The translations under genes and the position numbers were made by a program. DNA of 64,000 bases, taken from the NCBI GenBank assembly GCA_042584585.1, contig JBHOSQ010000001.1:58694-122693 (forward strand), written 5' to 3'. Below the pieces are notes generated by a model. That model saw only the letters and a list, made by a program, of their open reading frames with translations. It did no database searches and had not been told where the DNA came from. This document shows, piece after piece, positions 47,739-55,247 of the stretch (positions are counted from its first letter, which is position 1; each line of letters begins with the position of its first letter). Source of the stretch: an archaeon (GTDB lineage: Archaea > B1Sed10-29 > WALL01).

Positions 47739-48399
47739 GCGCGACGAGGAGCACGAGCACTGGCTGGTGCAGCAAATAAATCAAGAGCGAGTTTTTTCCT
47801 AGGAAAGCGAGTTGTTTTATTCCAATTGCGTTGCCTAGCTCGGGCAGAACAAACGTTCTTTTGTTTGCGTACAGCTTCTGCCCCGCGTAAACGCCGAGCA
47901 TCATCACTCCGAGCCACGGCAACAGGGGGTAGTAGTCGAAGGTGTAGAGCCCGGTTGGTGCGAGGCCGAGCCACAGCAGCCACGGGAAACTGAACGCCAT
48001 TGTTTGTAGCCACGCGCCGGCGGCGATTGCCGCGATTCCGACGGGCAAGGCGTATTTCTTGAGGTAATTGGAAACAATTATCCCGAGGCCGATGAAGTGG
48101 AGCACCCCGAACCAAATCGTGGCTTGGGGAAACGCGACATAAGTAATAATAGTAATTATAATTCCCCACGCGAAGATGGTCGCGCCGCGGTGAAGGGGAT
48201 TGCTTTTGCTGAGCGTCAGGGCGATGCCGGCGAGGAAGATGAATGTTGCACCGATGGCGCGGGGAATCCAGAGCCAAAGCGCGTTGTCCAGGACATTGAT
48301 TCCCGCAAAGTAGTTTAAGTCGAACAAGAAATGGAATAATATCATGGCGACGACTGCGAGTCCGCGCATTGCGTCGATTTCCCAGAAACGGTTTTTCAT
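47728..48399 (-). CDS. DUF1624 / heparan-alpha-glucosaminide N-acetyltransferase-like membrane protein
   Basis: RFWEIDAMRG, FGVLHFIG, DYYPLLPW, LGKNSLLIYLLHQP. Confidence 0.9.
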   Translation of the reverse strand: MKNRFWEIDAMRGLAVVAMILFHFLFDLNYFAGINVLDNALWLWIPRAIGATFIFLAGIALTLSKSNPLHRGATIFAWGIIITIITYVAFPQATIWFGVLHFIGLGIIVSNYLKKYALPVGIAAIAAGAWLQTMAFSFPWLLWLGLAPTGLYTFDYYPLLPWLGVMMLGVYAGQKLYANKRTFVLPELGNAIGIKQLAFLGKNSLLIYLLHQPVLVLLVALIK

Positions 48400-48412
48400 G
48401 GCGGCCGGTTGA

Positions 48413-48610
48413 CTACTGTTTATCTAATTTCTCGATTGCTAACTTCACTAACACCACAGTCACCCCTAAACAAAGCAAGGGGATTCCCACTTTAACAAAC
48501 AGGGGAAGGTCATCACTTATCAGAACCAAATAAATCGGAGTCAATACCAACATAGGAGAAGGTAATATCAATAGAACTACTCCAAGTTTTTTAAAGAGGT
48601 CTTCCATCAC
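48413..48610 (-). CDS. Small two-TM protein (unit 5 of the tRNA-Ser array)
   Basis: 65 aa hydrophobic; AGGTG SD and TTTATTAA TATA; AT-rich. Confidence 0.7.
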   Translation of the reverse strand: MMEDLFKKLGVVLLILPSPMLVLTPIYLVLISDDLPLFVKVGIPLLCLGVTVVLVKLAIEKLDKQ

Positions 48611-48661
48611 CTAAACTATCAAGAACAGAGTTAATAAACTCATTAGAACTGTTTAGAGGGT

Positions 48662-48680
48662 TAGAGCGCTGGGAGGGAAT
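48662..48680 (-). repeat. Degenerate tRNA 3'-end copy R4
   Basis: Minus strand ATTCCCTCCCAGCGCTCTA; shares CAGCGCTC with R2. Confidence 0.55.
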
Positions 48681-48686
48681 CCATCA

Positions 48687-48899
48687 TTATTCAAGGAACA
48701 TGATTTTCATCCATCTGGCTCCGCAAATGATGGCTAATATAGCGTACCAATACCAGTCGATTGTGAGCACGAACGCTAGAAAGTCCGGCCACAACGTTAT
48801 TACTGCCAACGTGGCAAATATTGCCGCAAATTGAGCGAGTTTGATGTCATACCACTTAACTTTTTTCAGGATTTTTTTTGACCATTTTTCAAAACACAT
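48687..48899 (-). CDS. Small two-TM protein (unit 4)
   Basis: 70 aa, KKVKWYDIKL; AGGTGA SD; AT-rich. Confidence 0.75.
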   Translation of the reverse strand: MCFEKWSKKILKKVKWYDIKLAQFAAIFATLAVITLWPDFLAFVLTIDWYWYAILAIICGARWMKIMFLE

Positions 48900-48957
48900 T
48901 CCAAGTCACCTAAGTCCACACTACACGTTCAACAAATAAAAAACTAAGCCAAAAGGT

Positions 48958-48974
48958 TGGAGCGCGGGGGGACT
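48958..48974 (-). repeat. Degenerate tRNA 3'-end copy R3
   Basis: Minus strand AGTCCCCCCGCGCTCCA; shares GCGCTCCA with R2. Confidence 0.6.
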
Positions 48975-49006
48975 AATTTTTATAATTGTTAGTTGTTTAT
49001 GGTAAC

Positions 49007-49375
49007 ATGAAGATTTTGCTCGTAATCGCTTTGTTATTTCTGGGGGGTTGCGTGAGTCCAGAAACAAGTAATGGAGTAGTGCCCAGTGAATGCGCTGAAT
49101 ACGAAGGCGACGTTTGTGGCTTATTTGATTGTATGGTCGAGCAATGCTGGTGTAAAGCGGGCCCGGATACTGTGTACGACACCGATTCAGCCGTACTAAA
49201 CGAAGAAGACGCCATGCGCGCCGTGACAGGCTACGTTTCTGAAGAGTACAACGTTGAACGGGCAGTACAACTAAACAACGCGTTCTACAACGTGTTTACC
49301 AAAGTAAATGGTGACGAAGAAGTGTTTACTGTTTCCTACGACGGCAAAATCCTCAAGACAGTATGCGGCGTTTAA
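49007..49375 (+). CDS. Cys-rich putative lipoprotein (unit 3)
   Basis: MKILLVIALLFLGGC lipobox-like signal; TTTTTATAA TATA about 25 nt upstream. Confidence 0.8.
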   Translation: MKILLVIALLFLGGCVSPETSNGVVPSECAEYEGDVCGLFDCMVEQCWCKAGPDTVYDTDSAVLNEEDAMRAVTGYVSEEYNVERAVQLNNAFYNVFTKVNGDEEVFTVSYDGKILKTVCGV

Positions 49376-49399
49376 TCACGGGAGAAGAACCATACAAAC

Positions 49400-49421
49400 T
49401 GGAGCGCTGCGGGGGAGAGTT
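49400..49421 (-). repeat. tRNA 3'-end copy R2
   Basis: GCGCTGCGGGGGAGAGTT (49404-49421, + strand) is identical to 50045-50062. Confidence 0.85.
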
Positions 49422-49444
49422 ATTAAATCGGTTTAGATAGCCGG

Positions 49445-50005
49445 TTATTTCAACATCCCAAACCGAGTGTTTTTTGCTGTCATTTTGATGAAATTCAATA
49501 GGCTTTTCTGAAACATCTCAGAGCCATGGCGTCTCTGACTTTCAATATACGCTATGCGTATCCTTTTGTAGTAGTCTGGGAATGCTTGGAAGTTTTTCCA
49601 CACTTGCTTGTCCGCCTTAAGCTCTTTGAGGACATCCGAAGCAATGACTAGTTTCTCTTTTGATTGACCGAATCCTTTCGGGAGGGTTTTTAATCCAGCT
49701 GCAGTCATCCTTTTTTTCTTAATCAGCCTGCGGGCGTGTTCTTTGTTCATCTCCGAAAACGCACTACCCGGTCTTCTTGGAGTGAATCTTTGTGCGAATC
49801 TGGTTTCATCCACTTTCTTGACAATGCCATCTATCCAGCCATAACAAATCGCTTCCTCAACAGCATCGATATAAGCAATTCTAGGTTTGCCACTGGCTTT
49901 CCTGTAGTAAATCAGCCAAATCTCATTTTCTTTTTTGTGGTTCTTCGCGAGCCATGAACGCCACGCTTTTCGGTCAACCACATAAAGAGTTTTACCTAAT
50001 TCCAT
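49445..50005 (-). CDS. YdeI/OmpD-associated family protein (unit 2)
   Basis: WRSWLAKNH, AVEEAICYGWIDG, QRFTPRRPGS. Confidence 0.92.
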   Translation of the reverse strand: MELGKTLYVVDRKAWRSWLAKNHKKENEIWLIYYRKASGKPRIAYIDAVEEAICYGWIDGIVKKVDETRFAQRFTPRRPGSAFSEMNKEHARRLIKKKRMTAAGLKTLPKGFGQSKEKLVIASDVLKELKADKQVWKNFQAFPDYYKRIRIAYIESQRRHGSEMFQKSLLNFIKMTAKNTRFGMLK

Positions 50006-50042
50006 GTGTACATAGTTGAAACTGAATTGAACTATAAAAGTA

Positions 50043-50065
50043 TGGCGCTGCGGGGGAGAGTTGAA
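50043..50065 (-). repeat. tRNA 3'-end copy R1 (T loop to CCA)
   Basis: Minus strand TTCAACT-CTCCC-CCGCAGC-G-CCA; 18 of 23 positions match the 3' end of the resident tRNA-Ser. Confidence 0.88.
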
Positions 50066-50081
50066 GCCTTTTTGAAGTAAG

Positions 50082-50480
50082 CTATGGGATAACCCCGTCT
50101 ATTGCACCCTCAGCGCACGTCCACTCATCAAGAACTGCAGTGTTCGTTATGAAACCATCAGCAAAACATCGAACCAAGGGTTTGTCAACACACACTTTTG
50201 CTGCTGCAGCATCGCAGGGGTCACCATAAACCCCAATAAAGAACCAGTATTCGCACGTTTCATCAGTGCGTTTGCCGTGATGTTCCATCAATTTGTACAT
50301 AACACACGCGGCTTCCGCGACTGTACTGGCTTCATATTCAGTGAGTGGAAGATCCACGTCCCAGACCTCAAAATTATCATCGTACCCCCCAATTACCTCA
50401 AACTCCGTTGAAAATGGCTCATCCAAGCACCCAACTAGCAAGGCTAGTAATACAATTGAAAGAAGAGCCCATTGTTTCAT
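50082..50480 (-). CDS. Putative lipoprotein (unit 1)
   Basis: MKQWALLSIVLLALLVGC signal; several Cys; AT-rich. Confidence 0.8.
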   Translation of the reverse strand: MKQWALLSIVLLALLVGCLDEPFSTEFEVIGGYDDNFEVWDVDLPLTEYEASTVAEAACVMYKLMEHHGKRTDETCEYWFFIGVYGDPCDAAAAKVCVDKPLVRCFADGFITNTAVLDEWTCAEGAIDGVIP

Positions 50481-50514
50481 ACTGGCTTCAAATCATCCCA
50501 AGAATAAAAGAGTA

Positions 50515-50600
50515 TGGCGCGAGGGGGGAGACTCGAACTCCCGTGCCCAAATGGACAGTGACTTAGCAGGCCACCGCAATAGCCGCTATGCGACCCCCGC
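50515..50600 (-). tRNA. tRNA-Ser(GCT), CCA encoded
   Basis: Acceptor GCGGGGG/CCCTCGC, anticodon arm GTGGC-CT-GCT-AA-GTCAC, long variable arm TGTCC-ATTT-GGGCA, T arm GGGAG-TTCGAGT-CTCCC, G discriminator. Confidence 0.96.
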
Positions 50601-50677
50601 ACACCAAGTAGGCCAACAAGAAATAATGATAAGCGTGGCCTGCTGAGTGTATTTTGCGTGGCGGGGTTTAAAAGCGT

Positions 50678-52108
50678 TTACTTGCCGAGGTCCACCAAAA
50701 CGTGGTGCAAGTCCTTTTTGTCGATTCTCACACTGAACACACGCCCTTTTTCCCCGAAAGCCCCGCGTATGTCCCTTAACGGCGAGCTGACGAGCCCCCA
50801 TCGCGCTTTAAAGTCCGGCTTCAGCATGCCAACAACTTTTTGCAGCGCGGCCTTCACCAAAACGGGGTGCTCGGAAGCCATGCCCAACATCTTCGGGGAA
50901 AACTCCACGTGCGCCAAGGGGTGGTCCGGGGATACGTGCTGCTTGTTGAGCCACTTGTACAGCGCCGTCTCGTAAAACTTTGACTTTTGCTTGTTGAACT
51001 CGCTCGACTCCCTCTTGAGCGCGGGAATGTACCCCAAGAAAACATTCTTTCCTTCTTCCCCACCCAATACACTGGCGTCACAATAAACATAGTAATGGTT
51101 CTGGGACTGCTTGCGCTTCGCGTCAATCCCCTGCATCTCGTTGGGCTTCTTGTTTTCTACCGGCAGCAAATCCGTAGACACAAAAAGGCCCTCCGCGATT
51201 TTGTTGGCAAGCTCGGGGTCGAACCCCTTGAGCAAGTCCATTGGCTCTGGTTTTGGCTCGGGCTTTGGCCTGGACTTCGCGGATTTTTTCTTCGCAATCA
51301 TCCGCCGGATGAGCGCATTCTTCTTGGCTTGTTCGTGTGGGCTCCTCTTCGTGATTTCTCCGGAAGCCGCAGCCCATACCCCGGACTTACGCCCCTCTTC
51401 CTGCTCTTGTTTTCTCTTCTCTTCCCTGAAGCGCGCTTCCTTTTCTTCTTGGGCCTTTTTCCTTTTTTCCTTGGCCTGCCGCTTGGCTTCCTCTTCCCGT
51501 CTCTTGGCATTGGCAAAATCGCCAATCTCTGACTTCAGCTTTACCAGTTCTGCGTGCTCGAACTCGGCCTGGTCCTCGTCCACGCCTTGTTGTTGACGGG
51601 TCTTCAAGTAAACTGGCTTTCTTCCACGCTCAGCCACTACCGCATAAAGCCGTTCAAGATACTCGGAATCCATCTGGTTGAAGTCCAAAGAGGCCACGTG
51701 TTCCTTCGCGTTCTTCTGCGCCGCCTCCAGCCGCTCTTCTTCCAATGCCTTTTCTTTCTCGGCCTTCGCGAGCCATTCTTTTTCGCGCTCTTGGCGGAGC
51801 CGCTCTTTTTCTGCCTCGGCCTTTTTCCGTTCCTGCTGGTTCCAGTCCCGCATTAAATCCGAGAATACATCCCACTTCGCCTCCAGCAGCGACTGGGATA
51901 CATCGCCATAAGTCTCGCCCATCCACGCGTCGAACTCATGGCGCATCAGTCCCTCGGCAACGCGCTCATCGAGCTCGGGTAGCGAATGCAGCGCCTTGCG
52001 TGCCTGCTGCTTGCGCTCTTCAGGAGAAAACTTGAGCTTGAACCCTTTTTTCTTTTTCTTCTTTTTCTTGAGCTTGGGCGCCTCTGGCACACCTGGCTTT
52101 TCGGCCAT
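50678..52108 (-). CDS. K/E-rich coiled-coil ORFan with an N-terminal poly-Lys stretch
   Basis: Start at MAEKPG (the longer ORF overlaps the SRP RNA); KLKKKKKKKKGF. Confidence 0.8.
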   Translation of the reverse strand: MAEKPGVPEAPKLKKKKKKKKGFKLKFSPEERKQQARKALHSLPELDERVAEGLMRHEFDAWMGETYGDVSQSLLEAKWDVFSDLMRDWNQQERKKAEAEKERLRQEREKEWLAKAEKEKALEEERLEAAQKNAKEHVASLDFNQMDSEYLERLYAVVAERGRKPVYLKTRQQQGVDEDQAEFEHAELVKLKSEIGDFANAKRREEEAKRQAKEKRKKAQEEKEARFREEKRKQEQEEGRKSGVWAAASGEITKRSPHEQAKKNALIRRMIAKKKSAKSRPKPEPKPEPMDLLKGFDPELANKIAEGLFVSTDLLPVENKKPNEMQGIDAKRKQSQNHYYVYCDASVLGGEEGKNVFLGYIPALKRESSEFNKQKSKFYETALYKWLNKQHVSPDHPLAHVEFSPKMLGMASEHPVLVKAALQKVVGMLKPDFKARWGLVSSPLRDIRGAFGEKGRVFSVRIDKKDLHHVLVDLGK

Positions 52109-52146
52109 GAACAAAACTAGGGAGTAATAGAATAAATGGTTTGGGG

Positions 52147-52414
52147 TGACGAGCATCCGCAATCGAACACGAAGCCTTTGCTGACCGAACCCTCACGACA
52201 CCTCAACTCTGCGACCCACAAAGCGCGCAGGTACATGTTACGGCTGCTCGGTTCCCCGCCTCGCCGGGTTAGCATAATACAAACGCCAATGCGGACAGAG
52301 CGTCGACAGTGGCACAAGGAGCCAACGAAAACGCCGAAGCCCTCAAGCGGCATTCACCCCCCCTAAAGCAGGTTTGGAGTACAGGGGACTGCTGACCCCC
52401 CGGCTAGCTCGCCA
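52147..52414 (-). ncRNA. ffs: Signal recognition particle (7S) RNA
   Basis: Helix 1 UGGCGAGC/GCUCGUCA; Alu domain with UGUA and an AGCAG/CUGCU loop-loop pair; helix 8 GGC-GAGG-CGG-GGAA-CCG-AGCA-GCC at 52241-52266; TATA about 23 nt upstream. Confidence 0.93.
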
Positions 52415-52436
52415 ACAAGGATTGGGAGAATCAGGG

Positions 52437-52444
52437 TTTATAAA
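52437..52444 (-). promoter_or_regulatory. TATA box for the SRP RNA, overlapping the thiL stop codon
   Basis: TTTATAAA at the expected distance from the 5' end of helix 1. Confidence 0.65.
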
Positions 52445-53361
52445 GTAAAGTGCTGCCAGCCCCCGTTTCCAAGGGTTTCTTCTGCACCAGTTTTTCGCAC
52501 GAGAGAGACGCCGCTGCCCTCCTCGACGCGGCCGATGACGATGCCGCCTTCCGCGTTGGGGGTTGAGTACACGACTTGGTAGTCCTCGCCGCTGTGGAAA
52601 ATAAGCTTGTCCGCGTCAAGGTTGTGCTCGGCGCAGTACGAATACAAGCGCGGGTTCACCGGAAGCTTGTCCTCGTTGATGACTATCTTTTTGTTGGACT
52701 GCTTCGCCAGCTCGTTCAACTCGAAACCAAGGCCGTCGGATATGTCTATTCCGGCGTTCGCGTTCGGGATTATTCTTTTGCACAACTCAAAATCAATGGA
52801 CGGGGAAAGTTGTGCCGCAACAAACGGCTCTTCTGGCACAAGTTTTTGCTTGAACATTGTGTAGCCCAATGCCGCAGAACCGACTTCGCCGGTCAAGACG
52901 ATGTAGTCACCGGTTTGCATGTTGCTGCGGAGCAGTGGCTTCTCGGTTTTGCCGATGAACGTGTTCGCGATTGTTAACTCCTTTGCCTCGACAGTGTCGC
53001 CGCCGATGAGGAACGCGTCGAGTTCCTTCAGCTTGGAATCCATTGCAGCGTAAAGCGCTTCGACGAACTCGATGCCGTAGTCCGCGGGCACGCCGAGTGA
53101 GGTCAACAAGTATTTGGGCAGCGCGCCTTTTGCCAGTAAGTCGGTTGCCGCGGACACGACGTTCTTCGCGCCGATTACTTCCGGGTTGTTTGACTGGAAG
53201 TGGTTGCCCGCCATGTTCATGTCTACTGTGACGGCCAGTAGGCCGGAAAACTCGAACACTTCCGCGTCCTCTTGCAGCGCCGTTAATTTTTCTGGGGGGC
53301 TGCGGAGTAGGGAGCGCAGCCGCTCAACAATCTCGCGCTCGCCAAGCTCGTCCAGCCGCAT
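52438..53361 (-). CDS. thiL: Thiamine-phosphate kinase
   Basis: LGEREI, EDA, DLLAKGA, IGGDT, IDISDGL, GEDY; start 53361 or 53376. Confidence 0.92.
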   Translation of the reverse strand: MRLDELGEREIVERLRSLLRSPPEKLTALQEDAEVFEFSGLLAVTVDMNMAGNHFQSNNPEVIGAKNVVSAATDLLAKGALPKYLLTSLGVPADYGIEFVEALYAAMDSKLKELDAFLIGGDTVEAKELTIANTFIGKTEKPLLRSNMQTGDYIVLTGEVGSAALGYTMFKQKLVPEEPFVAAQLSPSIDFELCKRIIPNANAGIDISDGLGFELNELAKQSNKKIVINEDKLPVNPRLYSYCAEHNLDADKLIFHSGEDYQVVYSTPNAEGGIVIGRVEEGSGVSLVRKTGAEETLGNGGWQHFTL

Positions 53362-53396
53362 GGGTTTTATTAACATGAAAGGGGAATAAAACGGTT

Positions 53397-53933
53397 GTGG
53401 AAACAGACGAAGTCGACAAGGCACTTGAGCTGCTGAAGGCGAACCCAAACGCGGCGGATTTGATTCCAGAAGTTGGGATGAACATCGGCTACGCCAAGGA
53501 GGACGGCACTGACGCAGCGGCGTTTCCGGGAAGAATCCGGAGGGCGTTCGGCAAGCCAAGTGTTGCTTTTCCCGCGGCCTACGGAGTGGACTCGCACATG
53601 GCCAAGCTGGCGCTGCAGGCCAGAAAGCATGATGCGTCCAAGCGGTGCGCGATGAACATCAAGTATTCCGAGGCCAATGTGAAGGCATTGGAGGGCGCGG
53701 GCGTCAAAGTGGTGTTCGTGGACCGAGCCGAGGAAGCGGCGGACAGCAAGGCACTTGAAGGAAAAAGCGTGGGATTCGTGCTCGACGAGGCAGTCAAAAA
53801 AGCGAGTGAGGTCCCCGGCGCGATTTACGACAAGGGAGACGTCGGAAAGGAGCCAATGATAAGGATTATCGCGGGGTCGCCTGCCGAAGCCGTGCGCATG
53901 GCGCTGGTTTGCGTGGGACCGGCTCGTTTATAA
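53397..53933 (+). CDS. thiN: Stand-alone ThiN-family thiamine-phosphate synthase domain
   Basis: LIPEVGMNI, AAFPGRI, SHMA, AMNIKY, DKGDVGKEPMI. Confidence 0.85.
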   Translation: METDEVDKALELLKANPNAADLIPEVGMNIGYAKEDGTDAAAFPGRIRRAFGKPSVAFPAAYGVDSHMAKLALQARKHDASKRCAMNIKYSEANVKALEGAGVKVVFVDRAEEAADSKALEGKSVGFVLDEAVKKASEVPGAIYDKGDVGKEPMIRIIAGSPAEAVRMALVCVGPARL

Positions 53934-54002
53934 ATAAACCCCGCCGAAACCGGTGCGGCGCGGTATACATATAAATACTCCGAAGTTACAAAGAAGGGGA
54001 AG

Positions 54003-55100
54003 GTGATTTTTTTGGAGAATCTAGTGAAGACAGCAACTTCTTACTCAAACCCGCAGGCTCCTGTTGCCGCCCAGGGCGACGACTTTGAGGGCCCAAAAAT
54101 AGTAGTCATCGGCTGTGGAGGCGCAGGCAACAACTCAGTCAACCGCCTTGCACGCATCGGCATTAGTGGGGCCGAACTGGTGGCGCTGAACACTGACAAG
54201 CAGCACCTGACACTGGTTCACGATTCTGTCAAGAAGCTTTTGATTGGCCAGAGCGTTACGCGTGGCCTCGGAGCAGGCGGCTACCCCGAAGTTGGGGCCA
54301 AGGCAGCTGAAGTGTCCAGGGCAGCGTTGTCACAGGCACTCGAAGACGCAGACCTCGTGTTCCTCACCGCCGGAATGGGTGGCGGAACCGGCACCGGAAG
54401 CGCGCCAATCGTCGCGGACATCGCGAAGGAACAGGGCGCCATCGTTGTTGCGATGGTCACTTTCCCGTTCCTGCTTGAGCGGGCCCGCATCCAGAAGGCC
54501 GAAGAGGGAATCGAGAAGCTGAGGAAAGTCACCGACACAGTAATTATCATTGACAACAACCGATTGGTTGAATTGGTTCCGAACCTGCCGATTGAGCAGG
54601 CCTTTTCCGTTGCGGACGAAGTAATTGCCCGCGCCGTGAAGGGCATCACGGAAACAATCACCGTGCCTTCGCTCATCAACCTTGACTACGCAGACGTCAG
54701 GGCCATCATGAGCACGGGCGGAGTGTCCGTTATCTCGGTCGGAGAGTCCAAGGGCCACAGGCGCGTGGACGAAGTCGTGAGTGACACGCTCAAGAACTCG
54801 CTTCTTGACGTGGACTACCGCGGCGCAAAAGGCGCGCTCATCCACATCAGTGGTGGGCCGGACTTGACGCTTGGCGAGGCCAACGAGATTGGCGAGCGCC
54901 TCACAGAGGCAATTGACCCGAGCGCGAGCGTGATTTGGGGCTCAAGAATCATCCCCGAGTACGAGGGCAAGATTGAGGTCATCGGAATCTTTACCGGTGT
55001 GCAGTCACCCCACATCCGTGGCTCCAGTGGCATGGTCGGAATGGACGAGCAGCCAACTGCCGCCAACAAGAACGACTTGGGCATTGACTCAATAATGTGA
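54003..55100 (+). CDS. ftsZ: Cell division protein FtsZ
   Basis: GCGGAGNN, NTD, GMGGGTGTG tubulin signature, INLDYADV. Confidence 0.98.
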   Translation: MIFLENLVKTATSYSNPQAPVAAQGDDFEGPKIVVIGCGGAGNNSVNRLARIGISGAELVALNTDKQHLTLVHDSVKKLLIGQSVTRGLGAGGYPEVGAKAAEVSRAALSQALEDADLVFLTAGMGGGTGTGSAPIVADIAKEQGAIVVAMVTFPFLLERARIQKAEEGIEKLRKVTDTVIIIDNNRLVELVPNLPIEQAFSVADEVIARAVKGITETITVPSLINLDYADVRAIMSTGGVSVISVGESKGHRRVDEVVSDTLKNSLLDVDYRGAKGALIHISGGPDLTLGEANEIGERLTEAIDPSASVIWGSRIIPEYEGKIEVIGIFTGVQSPHIRGSSGMVGMDEQPTAANKNDLGIDSIM

Positions 55101-55128
55101 AGGGCGAAAAGCCCTTCCACACTTTTTT
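55097..55128 (+). terminator. Hairpin plus T tract after ftsZ
   Basis: GAAGGGC-GAAAA-GCCCTTC followed by TTTTTT. Confidence 0.7.
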
Positions 55129-55139
55129 AGTGGTTAGCT

Positions 55140-55247
55140 ATGGCAAAGAAAAAAGAGAAGAAAGAAGACGAAGAAGACCTGGACATCGACTGGATAGCCA
55201 TGGCCCAAGACTCCATCAAGCCCGAGTACGAAGCGAACGCTAGCTGA
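55140..55247 (+). CDS. Possible 35-aa small protein (absent from the ORF track)
   Basis: MAKKKEKKEDEEDLDIDWIAMAQDSIKPEYEANAS; fills the gap and has coding-like codon use. Confidence 0.4.
   Translation: MAKKKEKKEDEEDLDIDWIAMAQDSIKPEYEANAS

Noticed and set aside
48398-48410. TGGCGGCCGG as a fifth tRNA-end repeat closing the array
   Set aside because: Too short and divergent, and it overlaps the start region of the DUF1624 gene; cannot be distinguished from chance
48662-50065. CRISPR interpretation of repeats R1-R4
   Set aside because: Spacing is hundreds of bp, contains whole genes, and the repeats match tRNA 3' ends; no cas genes are present
50515-50600. tRNA-Leu call because of the GCGGGGG 5' end
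   Set aside because: The 7-nt loop CT-GCT-AA and the G discriminator indicate Ser
52117-52366. Two short ORFs (78 and 76 aa) in opposite orientations
   Set aside because: They lie on top of the SRP RNA gene
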